A stretch of 64,000 nt of DNA from an uncultured Clostridia bacterium (GCA_944386655.1 CALXBX010000009.1:67833-131832), one strand, 5' to 3'; positions 41,008 through 51,765 are shown, numbered from the stretch's first letter. Translations and numbers: made by a program. The notes: generated from the sequence alone by a model not told the origin.

Positions 41008-41667
41008 ATGGGACAAAAAATGGATCCTCATGGATTAAGAATTGGAGTAATCAAAGACTGGGATTCTAAATGGTATGCAAATAAAAAAGATTTTGCAAAT
41101 TACCTAGTAGAAGACCATAAAATCCGTGAATATGTTAAGAAAAAATTATATGTTAGCGGAATTTCAAAAATTGAAATTGAAAGAACTGCTAAATTCGTAA
41201 AAGTAAATGTTTTCACTGCAAAACCAGGTTTAGTAATTGGTAAAGGTGGAAACCTAGCTGAAAACTTAAAAAATGAATTACAAAAAATGATTGGAAAAGA
41301 AGTTAATTTAAACATTGTAGAAGTAAAAGATGTAGATACAAATGCACAATTAGTTGCAGAAAATATCGCAGGACAATTAGAAAGAAGAATTTCTTTTAGA
41401 AGAGCTATGAAACAATGTATGCAAAAAGCTATGAAAGCAGGAGCATTAGGAATTAAGACTTCCGTATCTGGAAGACTTGGTGGTGCTGACATGGCAAGAA
41501 CAGAGTTTTATAAAGAAGGAACAATACCACTTCAAACATTAAGAGCAGACATAGATTATGGATTTGCAGAAGCAAATACAACTTATGGAAAAACAGGTGT
41601 AAAAGTTTGGATTTATAAAGGAGAAGTTCTTCCTGCGAAAAAGAAAGCAGAAGGAGGGGAAGAGTAA
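41008..41667 (+). CDS. rpsC: 30S ribosomal protein S3
   Basis: uS3 KH-domain sequence. Confidence 0.9.
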   Translation: MGQKMDPHGLRIGVIKDWDSKWYANKKDFANYLVEDHKIREYVKKKLYVSGISKIEIERTAKFVKVNVFTAKPGLVIGKGGNLAENLKNELQKMIGKEVNLNIVEVKDVDTNAQLVAENIAGQLERRISFRRAMKQCMQKAMKAGALGIKTSVSGRLGGADMARTEFYKEGTIPLQTLRADIDYGFAEANTTYGKTGVKVWIYKGEVLPAKKKAEGGEE

Positions 41668-42107
41668 TGCCATTAATGCCAAAAAGAACAAAATATAGAA
41701 AACAACAAAAAGGTAGAAATAGAGGAAAAGCAACAAGAGGAAATAGAGTAACAGATGGTGAGTACGGTTTAGTTGCATTAGATGCAGGTTTAATTACTAC
41801 TAACCAAATAGAAGCTGCCCGTGTAGCCATGACTCGTTATATTAAAAGAGGTGGAAAGGTTTGGATCAAAATCTTCCCAGATAAACCAATAACAAAGAAA
41901 CCAGCAGAAACTCGTATGGGTAAAGGTAAAGGTGCTGTAGAATATTGGGTAGCACCAGTAAAACCAGGAAGAGTTATGTTTGAAATAGCAGGAGTACCTG
42001 AAGAAACTGCAAGAGAAGCATTAAGACTTGCAGCTATGAAACTATCTGTTAAGTGTAAATTTGTTAAAAAAGAAACTGAAATAGGTGGTGAAAGTGATGA
42101 AGATTAG
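41667..42107 (+). CDS. rplP: 50S ribosomal protein L16
   Basis: uL16 sequence. Confidence 0.9.
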   Translation: MPLMPKRTKYRKQQKGRNRGKATRGNRVTDGEYGLVALDAGLITTNQIEAARVAMTRYIKRGGKVWIKIFPDKPITKKPAETRMGKGKGAVEYWVAPVKPGRVMFEIAGVPEETAREALRLAAMKLSVKCKFVKKETEIGGESDED

Positions 42108-42297
42108 TAAAATAAAAGAAATGTCTTCACCAGAACTAGAGAAAGAATTAGGAGAATTAAAATCCGAGCTATTCAAATTAAGATTTAGTTTAGCAACAAA
42201 TGGACTAGATAATCCTATGAAAATCAAAGAGGTAAAGAAAGACATTGCAAGAATTAATACTGTATTAACACAAAGAAAGTTAGCAGAAAATAAATAA
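42097..42297 (+). CDS. rpmC: 50S ribosomal protein L29
   Basis: [18 protein letters not shown]… uL29. Confidence 0.85.
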   Translation: MKISKIKEMSSPELEKELGELKSELFKLRFSLATNGLDNPMKIKEVKKDIARINTVLTQRKLAENK

Positions 42298-42316
42298 AGA
42301 AAGGAGATAACAATCC

Positions 42317-42580
42317 ATGGAAGAAAGAAATCTTCGCAAAGTAATGATTGGTACAGTTACATCCAATAAAATGGATAAAACAGTAGTTGTAGCAGTTGAA
42401 ACAAGTGAGAAACACAAAACTTATGGAAAAGTTCAAAAAAGAACATATACTTTAAAAGCTCACGATGAAAACAACGAATGCGGTATCGGAGATAAAGTAA
42501 AAGTTATGGAAACAAGACCTTTATCTAAAGATAAAAGATTTAGAGTTGTAGAAATCGTAGAAAAGGCAGTTATTAAATAG
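42317..42580 (+). CDS. rpsQ: 30S ribosomal protein S17
   Basis: uS17 sequence. Confidence 0.9.
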   Translation: MEERNLRKVMIGTVTSNKMDKTVVVAVETSEKHKTYGKVQKRTYTLKAHDENNECGIGDKVKVMETRPLSKDKRFRVVEIVEKAVIK

Positions 42581-42606
42581 AATAAAAAAGGAGGTACTAG
42601 AAAGTT

Positions 42607-42975
42607 ATGGTACAGCAACAATCTATATTAAAAGTAGCAGACAACACTGGTGCAAAAGAAATTATGTGCATTAGATGTTTAGGTGGTTCTTATAGAAAAT
42701 ATGCTGGTGTAGGAGACGTTATTGTTGCTTCTGTTAAAACAGCAACACCTGGCGGTATTGTAAAAAAAGGTGATGTTGTAAAAGCAGTTGTAGTTAGAAC
42801 AAAAAAGCCAATTAGAAGAGCTGACGGATCTTATGTAAGATTTGATGAAAATGCAGCAGTTATTATAAAAGAAGATAAAAACCCTAGAGGAACACGTATC
42901 TTTGGACCAGTAGCTAGAGAATTAAGAGATGGAGATTATATGAAAATTCTTTCACTTGCTCCAGAAGTTCTTTAG
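42607..42975 (+). CDS. rplN: 50S ribosomal protein L14
   Basis: uL14 sequence. Confidence 0.9.
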   Translation: MVQQQSILKVADNTGAKEIMCIRCLGGSYRKYAGVGDVIVASVKTATPGGIVKKGDVVKAVVVRTKKPIRRADGSYVRFDENAAVIIKEDKNPRGTRIFGPVARELRDGDYMKILSLAPEVL

Positions 42976-43063
42976 GAATAAGGAAGAAAATATCGATTTT
43001 ACTATAAGAAAGAGACACCCTTTCTGAAAAGGAAAAAATAAAAAAAGAAGAGGTGAAAAAAGA

Positions 43064-43372
43064 ATGAAAATCAAAAAAGGTGATACTGTACAAGTTTTAT
43101 CAGGAAATGATAAAGGAAAAACAGGAGAAGTTTTAGATGTTATACCAAAAACACAAAAAATAGTAGTAAAAGGTGTTAATATTAGAAAAAAACACGTAAA
43201 ACCAAGAAAACAAGGTGAAGAAGGCGGAATTATACCAGTAGAATGCGCTATTCACAGTAGTAAAGTAAATGTGGTTTGTCCAAAATGTGGAAAGGCTACT
43301 AGAATTGGTTATCAAATAGAAAAAGATGAAAAAGTACGTATTTGTAAAAAATGCGGTGCAAAAATAAAATAG
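43064..43372 (+). CDS. rplX: 50S ribosomal protein L24 (Cys4 zinc-ribbon variant)
   Basis: KOW domain N-terminus; C-terminal CPKCG…(20 aa)…CKKCG. Confidence 0.85.
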   Translation: MKIKKGDTVQVLSGNDKGKTGEVLDVIPKTQKIVVKGVNIRKKHVKPRKQGEEGGIIPVECAIHSSKVNVVCPKCGKATRIGYQIEKDEKVRICKKCGAKIK

Positions 43373-43397
43373 TAACGGAAAGGAGGAATACATAATC

Positions 43398-43937
43398 ATG
43401 GAAATTTTAAGAGAGCAATATGAAAAAGAAGTTGTTCCAGCAATGATGAGAAAATTTAACTATAAATCCATTATGCAAGTTCCAAAATTAGAAAAAGTAG
43501 TGATTAATATAGGATTAGGAGATATCAAAGATAATCCAAAATCATTAGAGAACGCACAAAATGATATTAAAATTATTACTGGGCAAGCGCCAGTAGTAAC
43601 AAAGGCAAAGAAAGCAATCGCTGCCTTCAAAATTAGAGAAGGGGTTAATATGGGATGCAAAGTAACCTTAAGAAAAGGAAAAATGTATGACTTTGTATAC
43701 AAATTATTTAATGTAGCACTTCCAAGAGTAAGAGATTTTAGAGGAGTATCTAAAGATTCTTTTGATGGTAGAGGAAATTACTCAATGGGTGTAAAAGAAC
43801 AATTAATATTCCCAGAAATCGAATATGATAAAGTAGACAAAATAAGAGGTATGGATATTATCTTTGTTACAACTGCAAAAACAGACGAGGAAGCAAGAGA
43901 ATTATTAACACTTCTAGGTATGCCTTTTAAAAACTAA
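43398..43937 (+). CDS. rplE: 50S ribosomal protein L5
   Basis: uL5 sequence. Confidence 0.9.
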   Translation: MEILREQYEKEVVPAMMRKFNYKSIMQVPKLEKVVINIGLGDIKDNPKSLENAQNDIKIITGQAPVVTKAKKAIAAFKIREGVNMGCKVTLRKGKMYDFVYKLFNVALPRVRDFRGVSKDSFDGRGNYSMGVKEQLIFPEIEYDKVDKIRGMDIIFVTTAKTDEEARELLTLLGMPFKN

Positions 43938-43970
43938 GCAAAGTAAATGATAAAAGAAAGGAGAAAGCCC

Positions 43971-44156
43971 ATGGCTAAGAAGTCTTTAAAAGTAAAGCAA
44001 GCAAGAGAGCAAAAATATAAAACAAGAGAATATAACAGATGTAAAATTTGCGGAAGACCACATGCTTATATTAGAAAATATGGAATTTGCCGTGTATGCT
44101 TTAGAGAATTAGCACACAAAGGCGAAATACCTGGAGTAAAGAAAGCAAGTTGGTAA
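43971..44156 (+). CDS. rpsN: 30S ribosomal protein S14 type Z (zinc-binding, 61 aa)
   Basis: [22 protein letters not shown]. Confidence 0.9.
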   Translation: MAKKSLKVKQAREQKYKTREYNRCKICGRPHAYIRKYGICRVCFRELAHKGEIPGVKKASW

Positions 44157-44196
44157 TGCATAAAAGAAAAAGAAAGAAAAGGAGGGAAATTCGTTC

Positions 44197-44595
44197 ATGA
44201 ATACAACTGACCCAATAGCAGATATGCTAACAAGAATCAGAAATGCTAATAGTGCAAAACATAAAACAGTAGATATTCCAGCATCTAATATGAAAAAAGC
44301 AATTGCTAATATTTTATTAGAAGAAGGATATGTAAAAGAAGTAGAAGAAATTAAAAATGATACACAAGGAATGCTAAGAATTACATTAAAATATGATGAA
44401 AAAGGTGCAAGAGTAATTGATGGTTTAAGAAGAATTAGCAAACCAGGATTAAGAGTATATGCATCTAAGGATGAATTACCAAAAGTATTAAATGGACTAG
44501 GAATCGCTTTAATTTCTACATCAAAAGGAATTAAAACTGATAAAGAAGCAAGAGCAGAAGGTCTTGGAGGAGAAGTTCTAGCTTATGTATGGTAA
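44197..44595 (+). CDS. rpsH: 30S ribosomal protein S8
   Basis: uS8 sequence. Confidence 0.9.
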   Translation: MNTTDPIADMLTRIRNANSAKHKTVDIPASNMKKAIANILLEEGYVKEVEEIKNDTQGMLRITLKYDEKGARVIDGLRRISKPGLRVYASKDELPKVLNGLGIALISTSKGIKTDKEARAEGLGGEVLAYVW

Positions 44596-44633
44596 GTAAA
44601 ACTGACAATAAAAAGAAGGAGGGAACAGAAACA

Positions 44634-45173
44634 ATGTCAAGAATAGGAAATAAGCCTATTACAATACCAAATGGTGTACAAGTAAAAGTAGAAGATCATC
44701 ATGTTACTGTAACAGGACCAAAAGGAACACTAGAAAGAGATATTCATAAAAATATGACAGTTTCTATAGATGGAGATGTTCTTACTGTAACAAGAGTAAA
44801 CGATGAACCAGAAAATAAAAGTTTACATGGATTAACAAGAACATTAATTCAAAATATGATAGAAGGTGTAGAAAAAGAATTCTCAAGAGAACTTCAAATT
44901 AATGGTGTTGGTTATAGAGCACAAAAACAAGGAACAAAATTAGTAATGAACTTAGGCTATTCTCATCCAGTAGAGATGGAAGCTCCTCAAGGAATTACTT
45001 TTGATGTACCAAATGCAAATACCATTATTGTAAGAGGAATTGATAAAGAATTAGTTGGTCAAACAGCAGCAGTAGTAAGAACAAAGAGACCACCAGAAGT
45101 ATATAGAGGAAAAGGAATTAAATATGCAGAAGAGCATATTAGACGTAAAGAAGGTAAAGCAGGTAAAAAATAA
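44634..45173 (+). CDS. rplF: 50S ribosomal protein L6
   Basis: MSRIGNKPITIP… uL6; RBS aaggaggg. Confidence 0.9.
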   Translation: MSRIGNKPITIPNGVQVKVEDHHVTVTGPKGTLERDIHKNMTVSIDGDVLTVTRVNDEPENKSLHGLTRTLIQNMIEGVEKEFSRELQINGVGYRAQKQGTKLVMNLGYSHPVEMEAPQGITFDVPNANTIIVRGIDKELVGQTAAVVRTKRPPEVYRGKGIKYAEEHIRRKEGKAGKK

Positions 45174-45273
45174 AAAATAAATTAGAAAGCTATTTTATAA
45201 CATTAGATTATTTAAGAGACAATAGTTATAAATTAAAAATAATAGTTACTAATTAGAAAGGAGATTTGCCAGA

Positions 45274-45633
45274 ATGATTACGAAAACAAATAGAAAAGCA
45301 GAAAGAGAAAGAAGACATATTAGAGTTCGTAGAAAAATTAGTGGAACAGCAGAATGCCCAAGATTATGTGTGTATAGAAGCAACAAAAATTTATTTGTGC
45401 AAGTCATTGATGATGTAGCAGCCAATACGATAGTAAGTGCATCTACATTAGATAAAGAAATTAAAACAAAACATGCTAATAAGGAAGCTGCAAAAGAAGT
45501 AGGTGCCCTAATTGCTAAAAGAGCATTAGAAAAAAATATAGATACAGTAGTATTTGATAGAGGCGGATACATTTATCATGGAGTAGTAAAAGAATTAGCA
45601 GAAGCTGCAAGAGAAGCAGGATTAAAATTCTAA
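45274..45633 (+). CDS. rplR: 50S ribosomal protein L18
   Basis: uL18 sequence. Confidence 0.9.
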   Translation: MITKTNRKAERERRHIRVRRKISGTAECPRLCVYRSNKNLFVQVIDDVAANTIVSASTLDKEIKTKHANKEAAKEVGALIAKRALEKNIDTVVFDRGGYIYHGVVKELAEAAREAGLKF

Positions 45634-45688
45634 AAATAAAAAGAAAATAAAAATCTTTAAAACTAAAATTTAAAGGAGGGAAAACAAA

Positions 45689-46183
45689 GTGCAAGAAGAA
45701 AATACAGCAAATGAATTAAAAGAAAAAGTAGTTGCTATCAATAGAGTTGCAAAAGTTGTAAAAGGTGGTAGAACTTTTAGATTTAGTGCAGTTGTTGTTG
45801 TTGGAGATGGAGCAGGACATATTGGTGTTGGAAATGGAAAAGCAGCAGAAGTGCCAGATGCCATCAAAAAAGCAATTGAAGAAGCTAAGAAAAACTTAAT
45901 AGAAGTACCTATCGTAGGAACAACTATACCACATGAATATATTGGAGAATTTGGTAGTGCAAAAGTTATGTTAAAACCAGCTGCAGAAGGTACAGGATTA
46001 ATTGCTGGTGGTAGCGTAAGACCAGTTTTAGAGCTTGCAGGTTACAGAGACATTCGTACAAAAGTATTAGGAACAAACAATCCTAGAAACGTAGTATATG
46101 CTACAATTGAAGGATTAAAGAAAATGCAAACCATTGAGCAAGTAGCTGCTAAAAGAGGTAAAAAAGTAGAAGATATATTATAA
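45689..46183 (+). CDS. rpsE: 30S ribosomal protein S5
   Basis: uS5 sequence. Confidence 0.9.
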   Translation: MQEENTANELKEKVVAINRVAKVVKGGRTFRFSAVVVVGDGAGHIGVGNGKAAEVPDAIKKAIEEAKKNLIEVPIVGTTIPHEYIGEFGSAKVMLKPAAEGTGLIAGGSVRPVLELAGYRDIRTKVLGTNNPRNVVYATIEGLKKMQTIEQVAAKRGKKVEDIL

Positions 46184-46231
46184 AGTGGAAAACACAAACT
46201 GGATAATAAAAAGAGGAGGTGTCATCGCACA

Positions 46232-46666
46232 ATGAAGTTAGGCGAATTAAAACCAGCACAGGAAACAGAAAAAAGAAAAAGAGTTGGACGTGGAATTGGT
46301 TCAGGTCTAGGTAAAACATCTGGTAGAGGTCATAAAGGACAAAAAGCAAGATCAGGTGGAGGAGTAAGACGTGGATTTGAAGGTGGTCAAACACCATTAT
46401 ATAGAAGATTACCAAAAAGAGGATTTACAAATATTCATGCTAAGAAATATACAGAAGTTACTCTAACAATGCTTAACAAATCAAGCAAAGAAGAAGTTAC
46501 TGCAGAAACATTAGTAGCTGACGGTATTATTTCAAAAGTAAATGATGGAATTGTTATCCTAGCAACAGGAAATCTAGAGAAGAAATTAACTGTTAAAGCT
46601 GTAAAATTCACAAAAGCTGCCAAAGAAAAGATAGAAGCTTTAGGTGGAAAGGCAGAGGTGATATAA
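46232..46666 (+). CDS. rplO: 50S ribosomal protein L15
   Basis: uL15 sequence; follows rpsE directly, with no L30 gene. Confidence 0.9.
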   Translation: MKLGELKPAQETEKRKRVGRGIGSGLGKTSGRGHKGQKARSGGGVRRGFEGGQTPLYRRLPKRGFTNIHAKKYTEVTLTMLNKSSKEEVTAETLVADGIISKVNDGIVILATGNLEKKLTVKAVKFTKAAKEKIEALGGKAEVI

Positions 46667-47983
46667 TTGTTTAAAACCATTAAAAATGCCTTAAAAACAC
46701 CAGACGTACGTAAAAAATTAATGTATACATTATTACTAATCGTTATTTTTAGATTAGGATGTTACATTACCGTACCAGGAGTAGATTCTTTTCAATTAGC
46801 AGAAGCTTTTTCAGGACAAGGAATCTCATCATTAATAGATATGATATCTGGAGGTGCATTCTCTAGATTATCTATTTTTGCAATGTCTATTAGCCCATAT
46901 ATTACGGCATCTATTGTGATACAATTGTTAGGAATGGTAATACCTTCTTTAGAAAGATTAATGAAAGAAGGAGGAGAAGATGGTAGAAACAAAATCAATC
47001 GTTATACCAAAATTCTTACCATTGTGTTAGCATTAATTGAAGGCGTAGGTGTCTACCTTGCTTATCGTTCTTCTGGAATCTTTATTGATACAGGATTCGT
47101 AACAGGAGCAACAGTAGTTATTTCCTTAATGGCTGGAACAGCATTACTTATGTGGCTAGGAGACCAAATTACCAATAAAGGAATAGGTAATGGAATTTCT
47201 ATTATCATCTTTGTAGGTATTATTGCAGGCTTGCCAAGTGGAGTAGTTAGTATTTGGAATTTAATCTTTGCAGGAGGAGTATTCTCCACAACAGGATTAT
47301 TAACAGCACTTGGAATTATAGTGGGAGCAATTATTTTAGTAGCAGGAGTTGTATTTGTACAACAAGCAGAAAGAAAAGTACCAGTACAATATTCTAAAAG
47401 AGTAGTAGGAAGAAAAATGGTAGGAGCACAAAATACACATATACCATTAAAGTTAGCAATGGCAGGAGTTATGCCAATTATCTTTGCCTCTTCCTTTATG
47501 ACATTCCCTGCTATGATTATTCAAATGTTTGTACCAGATATAGCAAGTCAAACAGGATTTTGGAATGTAATCTATAATTTCTCTATGGCAACATCTTCAT
47601 CTAGCGTAGGAATTGGTTATACCATTGCAAACGCAATTGTATATTTGTTGTTAATTATAGGATTTACTTATTTCTATACTTATGCAACATTCAATCCAGC
47701 AGAAGTATCTAATAATATCAAGAAAAACGGAGGATTTATACCAGGAATTCGTGCAGGAAAACCAACTACAGACTATTTAGCCTCTATTATCTCAAAACTA
47801 ACATTATTTGGAGGATTTTTCTTAGCAGTGATTGCTATCCTACCAATGCTTATGAGATTTACAAGTCTAAACTTAGCCTTTGGTGGAACATCTATCTTGA
47901 TTGTAGTAGGAGTTGCATTAGAGACAGTACAACAATTAGAATCACAACTTGTCATGAGACATTATAAAGGATTCTTAGAATAA
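46667..47983 (+). CDS. secY: preprotein translocase subunit SecY
   Basis: 10-TM SecY sequence; TTG start. Confidence 0.9.
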   Translation: MFKTIKNALKTPDVRKKLMYTLLLIVIFRLGCYITVPGVDSFQLAEAFSGQGISSLIDMISGGAFSRLSIFAMSISPYITASIVIQLLGMVIPSLERLMKEGGEDGRNKINRYTKILTIVLALIEGVGVYLAYRSSGIFIDTGFVTGATVVISLMAGTALLMWLGDQITNKGIGNGISIIIFVGIIAGLPSGVVSIWNLIFAGGVFSTTGLLTALGIIVGAIILVAGVVFVQQAERKVPVQYSKRVVGRKMVGAQNTHIPLKLAMAGVMPIIFASSFMTFPAMIIQMFVPDIASQTGFWNVIYNFSMATSSSSVGIGYTIANAIVYLLLIIGFTYFYTYATFNPAEVSNNIKKNGGFIPGIRAGKPTTDYLASIISKLTLFGGFFLAVIAILPMLMRFTSLNLAFGGTSILIVVGVALETVQQLESQLVMRHYKGFLE

Positions 47984-47995
47984 AGAAATAAACTT

Positions 47996-48029
47996 GAACT
48001 TTGGGGACGTTCCTTAAAGTTCTTTTTTT
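47996..48029 (+). terminator. palindromic repeat copy d (GGGGACGTTCC core) acting as secY terminator
   Basis: gaactttgGGGACGTTCCttaaagttc + ttttttt. Confidence 0.7.
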
Positions 48030-48043
48030 GAAATTTGCAATTT

Positions 48044-48070
48044 GCAATTTAGGGACGTTCCTTAAATTGC
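48044..48070. repeat. palindromic repeat copy e
   Basis: gcaatttaGGGACGTTCCttaaattgc, preceded by duplicated tgcaattt. Confidence 0.8.
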
Positions 48071-48073
48071 AAA

Positions 48074-48176
48074 ACATTATGGAAATAAATGACCAATTAA
48101 AAAGGAAAATATAAGAAAAAAGGAACAAGATAAAGGTATAATAAGCCTTATAAAAAAGAACAAGGGGGATAAAAGA
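48074..48176 (+). promoter_or_regulatory. conserved type-B leader of pilin paralogs
   Basis: Similar to 16359-16478 and 55644-55762, including a gataaaggTATAATaagcc -10-like element. Confidence 0.5.
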
Positions 48177-49382
48177 ATGCAAAAGAATAAACAAAGAGGA
48201 ATTACGTTAATTGCTTTAGTAGTAACAATTATTATACTAATCATTTTAGCAGGTGTCAGTATTCAAATGATAGTAGGGGAAGATGGTTTAATTACTATGG
48301 CGAAGAACGCCAAAGAAAATACCGGATTAGCAGAGGTACAAGAAGAAAAAGGACTGAATGAATTAACGAAGGATATGAATAATTATGTACCGATGAAAGT
48401 AGCAGAAGCAAGACAAAAAGGTGAGTTTTTTTATGAGAATACATTATTAGAAGATGATTTAGGAAATAGGTTGAAAGTACCTAATGGATTTAAAGTGGCA
48501 TCTGATTCAGCAACGAAAGTAGAAGACGGAGTGGTAATAGAAGATAGTGACGGAAATCAGTATGTATGGATACCTGCAAAAACAGGAGAAGGAATAATTA
48601 TTCATACAACTGTTGGAGATAGAAGAATGGTTTATACAAGAGTTGCCTATAGTAAGAATATACCAACAGACGAGATAGATGAAGAAACCAATAGTAAAAA
48701 GATAATTCATTCCGATACTATTAACCATTATTATACACAAGCAATGTCAACTGATGAAGAAAAAAGTGTAGATGCAAATGGAGGATACTATATAGGAAGA
48801 TATGAGGCAGGAGATAAAGAGTCAACAGAGGCAAACAAAATGAGAACGGCTACTTCAAATCAAGAAAACACAATAACGATAAAAAAAGGACAAGCGCCAT
48901 ATAATTATGTTACATATACAAATGCCAAAAAATTAGCAGAGAATATGGGTACTGTACAAGAATATACTACTACAGAAACAAAATTACCAAGTAGTTATGC
49001 ATGGGATACAGCAATAAGTTTAATACAAATAAAAAATAATGATTATGGACAAGTTTCAGAAGAAGGAAATTATAAAGATACTACTTTTTCTTATATAGAC
49101 GTAGCAGGAACAGAGCAAATTAAAGAAATTAAAGAACCTGGTGTTGTGGTTACGACAGGTCAAACGATAGCAGTAAGTAATATTTATGATTTAGGCGGAA
49201 ATATGAGAGAATATACTACAGAAGAGTATTCTGATGAGACTCTTCCAGTTACAGATAGAGGCGGATACTTTAATTGTAATTCTTTTGATTTTGCTGCGGG
49301 CTATCGAGATTATAATGATGGTACAGGAGCAGATAAGTATGGGATGAGAGTGGCTTTGTATTTTAAGGTAGAAAATGAATAA
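48177..49382 (+). CDS. type IV pilin-like protein with FGE-sulfatase-like C-terminal domain, inserted between secY and adk
   Basis: MQKNKQRG/ITLIALVVTIIILIILAGVSIQMIVGEDGLITMAKNAKENT; C-terminus …TDRGGYFNCNSFDFAAGYRDYNDGTGADKYGMRVALYF. Confidence 0.7.
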   Translation: MQKNKQRGITLIALVVTIIILIILAGVSIQMIVGEDGLITMAKNAKENTGLAEVQEEKGLNELTKDMNNYVPMKVAEARQKGEFFYENTLLEDDLGNRLKVPNGFKVASDSATKVEDGVVIEDSDGNQYVWIPAKTGEGIIIHTTVGDRRMVYTRVAYSKNIPTDEIDEETNSKKIIHSDTINHYYTQAMSTDEEKSVDANGGYYIGRYEAGDKESTEANKMRTATSNQENTITIKKGQAPYNYVTYTNAKKLAENMGTVQEYTTTETKLPSSYAWDTAISLIQIKNNDYGQVSEEGNYKDTTFSYIDVAGTEQIKEIKEPGVVVTTGQTIAVSNIYDLGGNMREYTTEEYSDETLPVTDRGGYFNCNSFDFAAGYRDYNDGTGADKYGMRVALYFKVENE

Positions 49383-49518
49383 AAGAGAAAATGCTTATCA
49401 TGCAAAGAAAATAAAACCACATTTTACATATTATGTAAAATGTGGTATAATAATATGTAGGAACTTTATTTTGGAAGAATTTCCGAGAAAATTAAACGGA
49501 AAGAAAAGGAGAAAAAAC

Positions 49519-50109
49519 ATGTCAGCACAGGTAAGAAAAGTAGCAAAGAAAAAAGAATACTACAGAGGAGCAGATCGGTTTAGCATAGGAGACAATGTTG
49601 TTTCCTTTGCAATAGGTGCTATCATTATGTTTAGTATCTTTGTTCTGTTCATGATGGACAAATCCGCACTCCAAGAAACAATGAAAAATGTTACCTTGAA
49701 AAAGGAAGAAATTCCCATTGCTCAGGAGAAGATTACTGTTCAAGAGGAAAAGAAAGAAGAAACTGCAGAGGAGATTATGATAGAAGACAAAGAGGAGCCA
49801 GAAGCAGTAACTTTCTATACAGAAGAAAATGTAGACTTACTGGCAAGACTTATGCATGCAGAAGAAGGTGTTCTGCTGCAAAGGCAGAGCATCGAAGATG
49901 CAGAACTTGCACATAAGTTATGTGGATCAGTAATCTTGCATCGGACAGAAATTGGCTACTCAGGAAGCTCCGGAAATAGTGAAGCAATGGGCAGAAGAAC
50001 TACTGCGTGACGGTCCGATTGGACCGGAAAATATGATTTATCAATCTGAGTTCCCTCAAGGGCAGGTCTATACACAGATTGATAATCAGTTCTTTGGTTG
50101 CTTGAAGTA
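49519..50109 (+). CDS. membrane protein with GC-rich C-terminal region (possible cell-wall-hydrolase-like LARLMHAEEG motif); +1 frameshift at 49942
   Basis: MSAQVRK… single TM. Listed ORF stops at 50010; removing c49942 (CGG) opens the frame to 50109. GC content and codon usage deviate in 49850-50100. Confidence 0.4.
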
Positions 50110-50164
50110 GAAGCAAGGAGAAAGCAATGCAATCTCTTTGCTTTTCTCCTTTTAGAGGAACCTC

Positions 50165-50193
50165 TGCAATTTAAGGAACGTCCCTAAATTGCA
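50165..50193. repeat. palindromic repeat copy f (inverted orientation)
   Basis: tgcaatttaaGGAACGTCCCtaaattgca. Confidence 0.8.
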
Positions 50194-50294
50194 AGTTCAT
50201 TTAAAAAATTCAAAAAATCTCTATACTTTTGGGACAAAAAATGCTATAATAAACATAGTTGTGAATTGTAAAACATAGGAAGAGGAGGAAAAAA

Positions 50295-50966
50295 ATGTAT
50301 ATTGTTATGCTAGGAAAACCTGGTTCAGGAAAAGGAACCGTTGGAAAAATGTTGTCAGAGGCTTTGCATATGATACACATTTCTAGTGGAGAGTTATTTA
50401 GAAGTTATATTAGTAAGGCTGGAGAGATTGGAAAACAAATAGAAGAGTATGTGGCAAAGGGAGAATTAGTGCCAGATGAACTTGCTATTCAATTAGTAGA
50501 AAAGAGATTATTAGAGGCAGATTGTAAAAATGGAGTTATACTAGATGGTTTTCCAAGAACAGTAAAGCAAGCAGAAGCTTTAGATAGTTTTCTAAAAAGA
50601 CATCATCAAAAAATTAATATTGCAGTGGAATTGGATTTATCTGATAAAGATATTATAGATAGAATTGTAAAAAGAAGAGTATGTTCTAATAAAGATTGTA
50701 GAGAAGTATATAATTTAGAATTTAAAAAGCCAAAAGTAAAAGGAATTTGTGATGTTTGTGGCAGTCCTTTAGAGCAAAGACCAGATGATAGTATAGAAAC
50801 AGTAAAACAAAGATTACAAGTACATTATGCAACAGCAGGAAAATTAGTAGAATATTATAAAGCCCAAGATTTATTATACACAGTTAAATTAAATATTCAT
50901 TCTGGAAAAACTTCAGAAGATGTAGCAAAAGAGGTAGAAAAATATTTAGAAACAAATCCATCATAA
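50295..50966 (+). CDS. adk: adenylate kinase (zinc-lid type)
   Basis: GKPGSGKGT P-loop; Cys4 lid CSNKDC…CDVCG. Confidence 0.9.
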   Translation: MYIVMLGKPGSGKGTVGKMLSEALHMIHISSGELFRSYISKAGEIGKQIEEYVAKGELVPDELAIQLVEKRLLEADCKNGVILDGFPRTVKQAEALDSFLKRHHQKINIAVELDLSDKDIIDRIVKRRVCSNKDCREVYNLEFKKPKVKGICDVCGSPLEQRPDDSIETVKQRLQVHYATAGKLVEYYKAQDLLYTVKLNIHSGKTSEDVAKEVEKYLETNPS

Positions 50967-50994
50967 AAGGCAAAAGAAGGGAAGTAAAAAAGCA

Positions 50995-51765
50995 ATGGTA
51001 ACTATTAAATCAAAACAAGAAATTGTAAAAATGAGAGAAGCATGTAGAGTAGCTTATTTAGCACAAAAGGCAGTAGAAGAGGCAATAAAGCCAGGCATTT
51101 CTACATGGGAATTAGATAAAATTGCAGAAAGGGAAATGAGAAAAAATGGAGCAATTCCAGCAGAAAAAGGATATCCTAGTGGAGAAAAGGGAATTCCACC
51201 ATTTCCGGGAGCAATTTGTGCATCTGTAAATGATGAAGTGATTCATGGAATACCTTCCAAAAAAGTAATTTTAAAAGAGGGAGATATTATTAGTGTAGAT
51301 TTAGTTGCTTATAAAGATGGATTTCATGGAGATTGTGCTAGAACTTATACAGTAGGAAAAATTGATAAAGAAACACAAAGATTAATAGATGTAACAAAGG
51401 AAGCCTTCTTTGTAGGCATTCAGTATGCGAGAAAAGGAAATCGTCTAGGAGATATTTGTCATAGTATAGGCGAATATGTAGAAAAAAACGGATTTAGCGT
51501 AGTAAAAGAATTTCAAGGACATGGTATAGGAAGAAAAATGCATGAAGATCCTGGTATTCCAAACTATGGAAAGGCAGGAAGAGGAATTACATTAGAGCCA
51601 GGTATGACACTTGCCATAGAACCTATGGTAATCTACGGCTCAGACGGTATTTTGCAATTAGATGATGGTTGGACAATCATTACAGAAGATGGAAGTATGG
51701 CAGCACATTATGAAAATACAATTTTAATTACAGAAAATGAACCAGAAATATTGACATTACCATAA
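50995..51765 (+). CDS. map: methionine aminopeptidase type I
   Basis: MetAP-I metal ligand pattern, operon position. Confidence 0.9.
   Translation: MVTIKSKQEIVKMREACRVAYLAQKAVEEAIKPGISTWELDKIAEREMRKNGAIPAEKGYPSGEKGIPPFPGAICASVNDEVIHGIPSKKVILKEGDIISVDLVAYKDGFHGDCARTYTVGKIDKETQRLIDVTKEAFFVGIQYARKGNRLGDICHSIGEYVEKNGFSVVKEFQGHGIGRKMHEDPGIPNYGKAGRGITLEPGMTLAIEPMVIYGSDGILQLDDGWTIITEDGSMAAHYENTILITENEPEILTLP

Noticed and set aside
47984-50294. Insertion sequence / transposon explaining the secY-adk insert
   Set aside because: No transposase, integrase or terminal inverted repeats typical of IS elements were found. Only the short palindromic repeat family is present, so it is described as a cassette rather than an IS.
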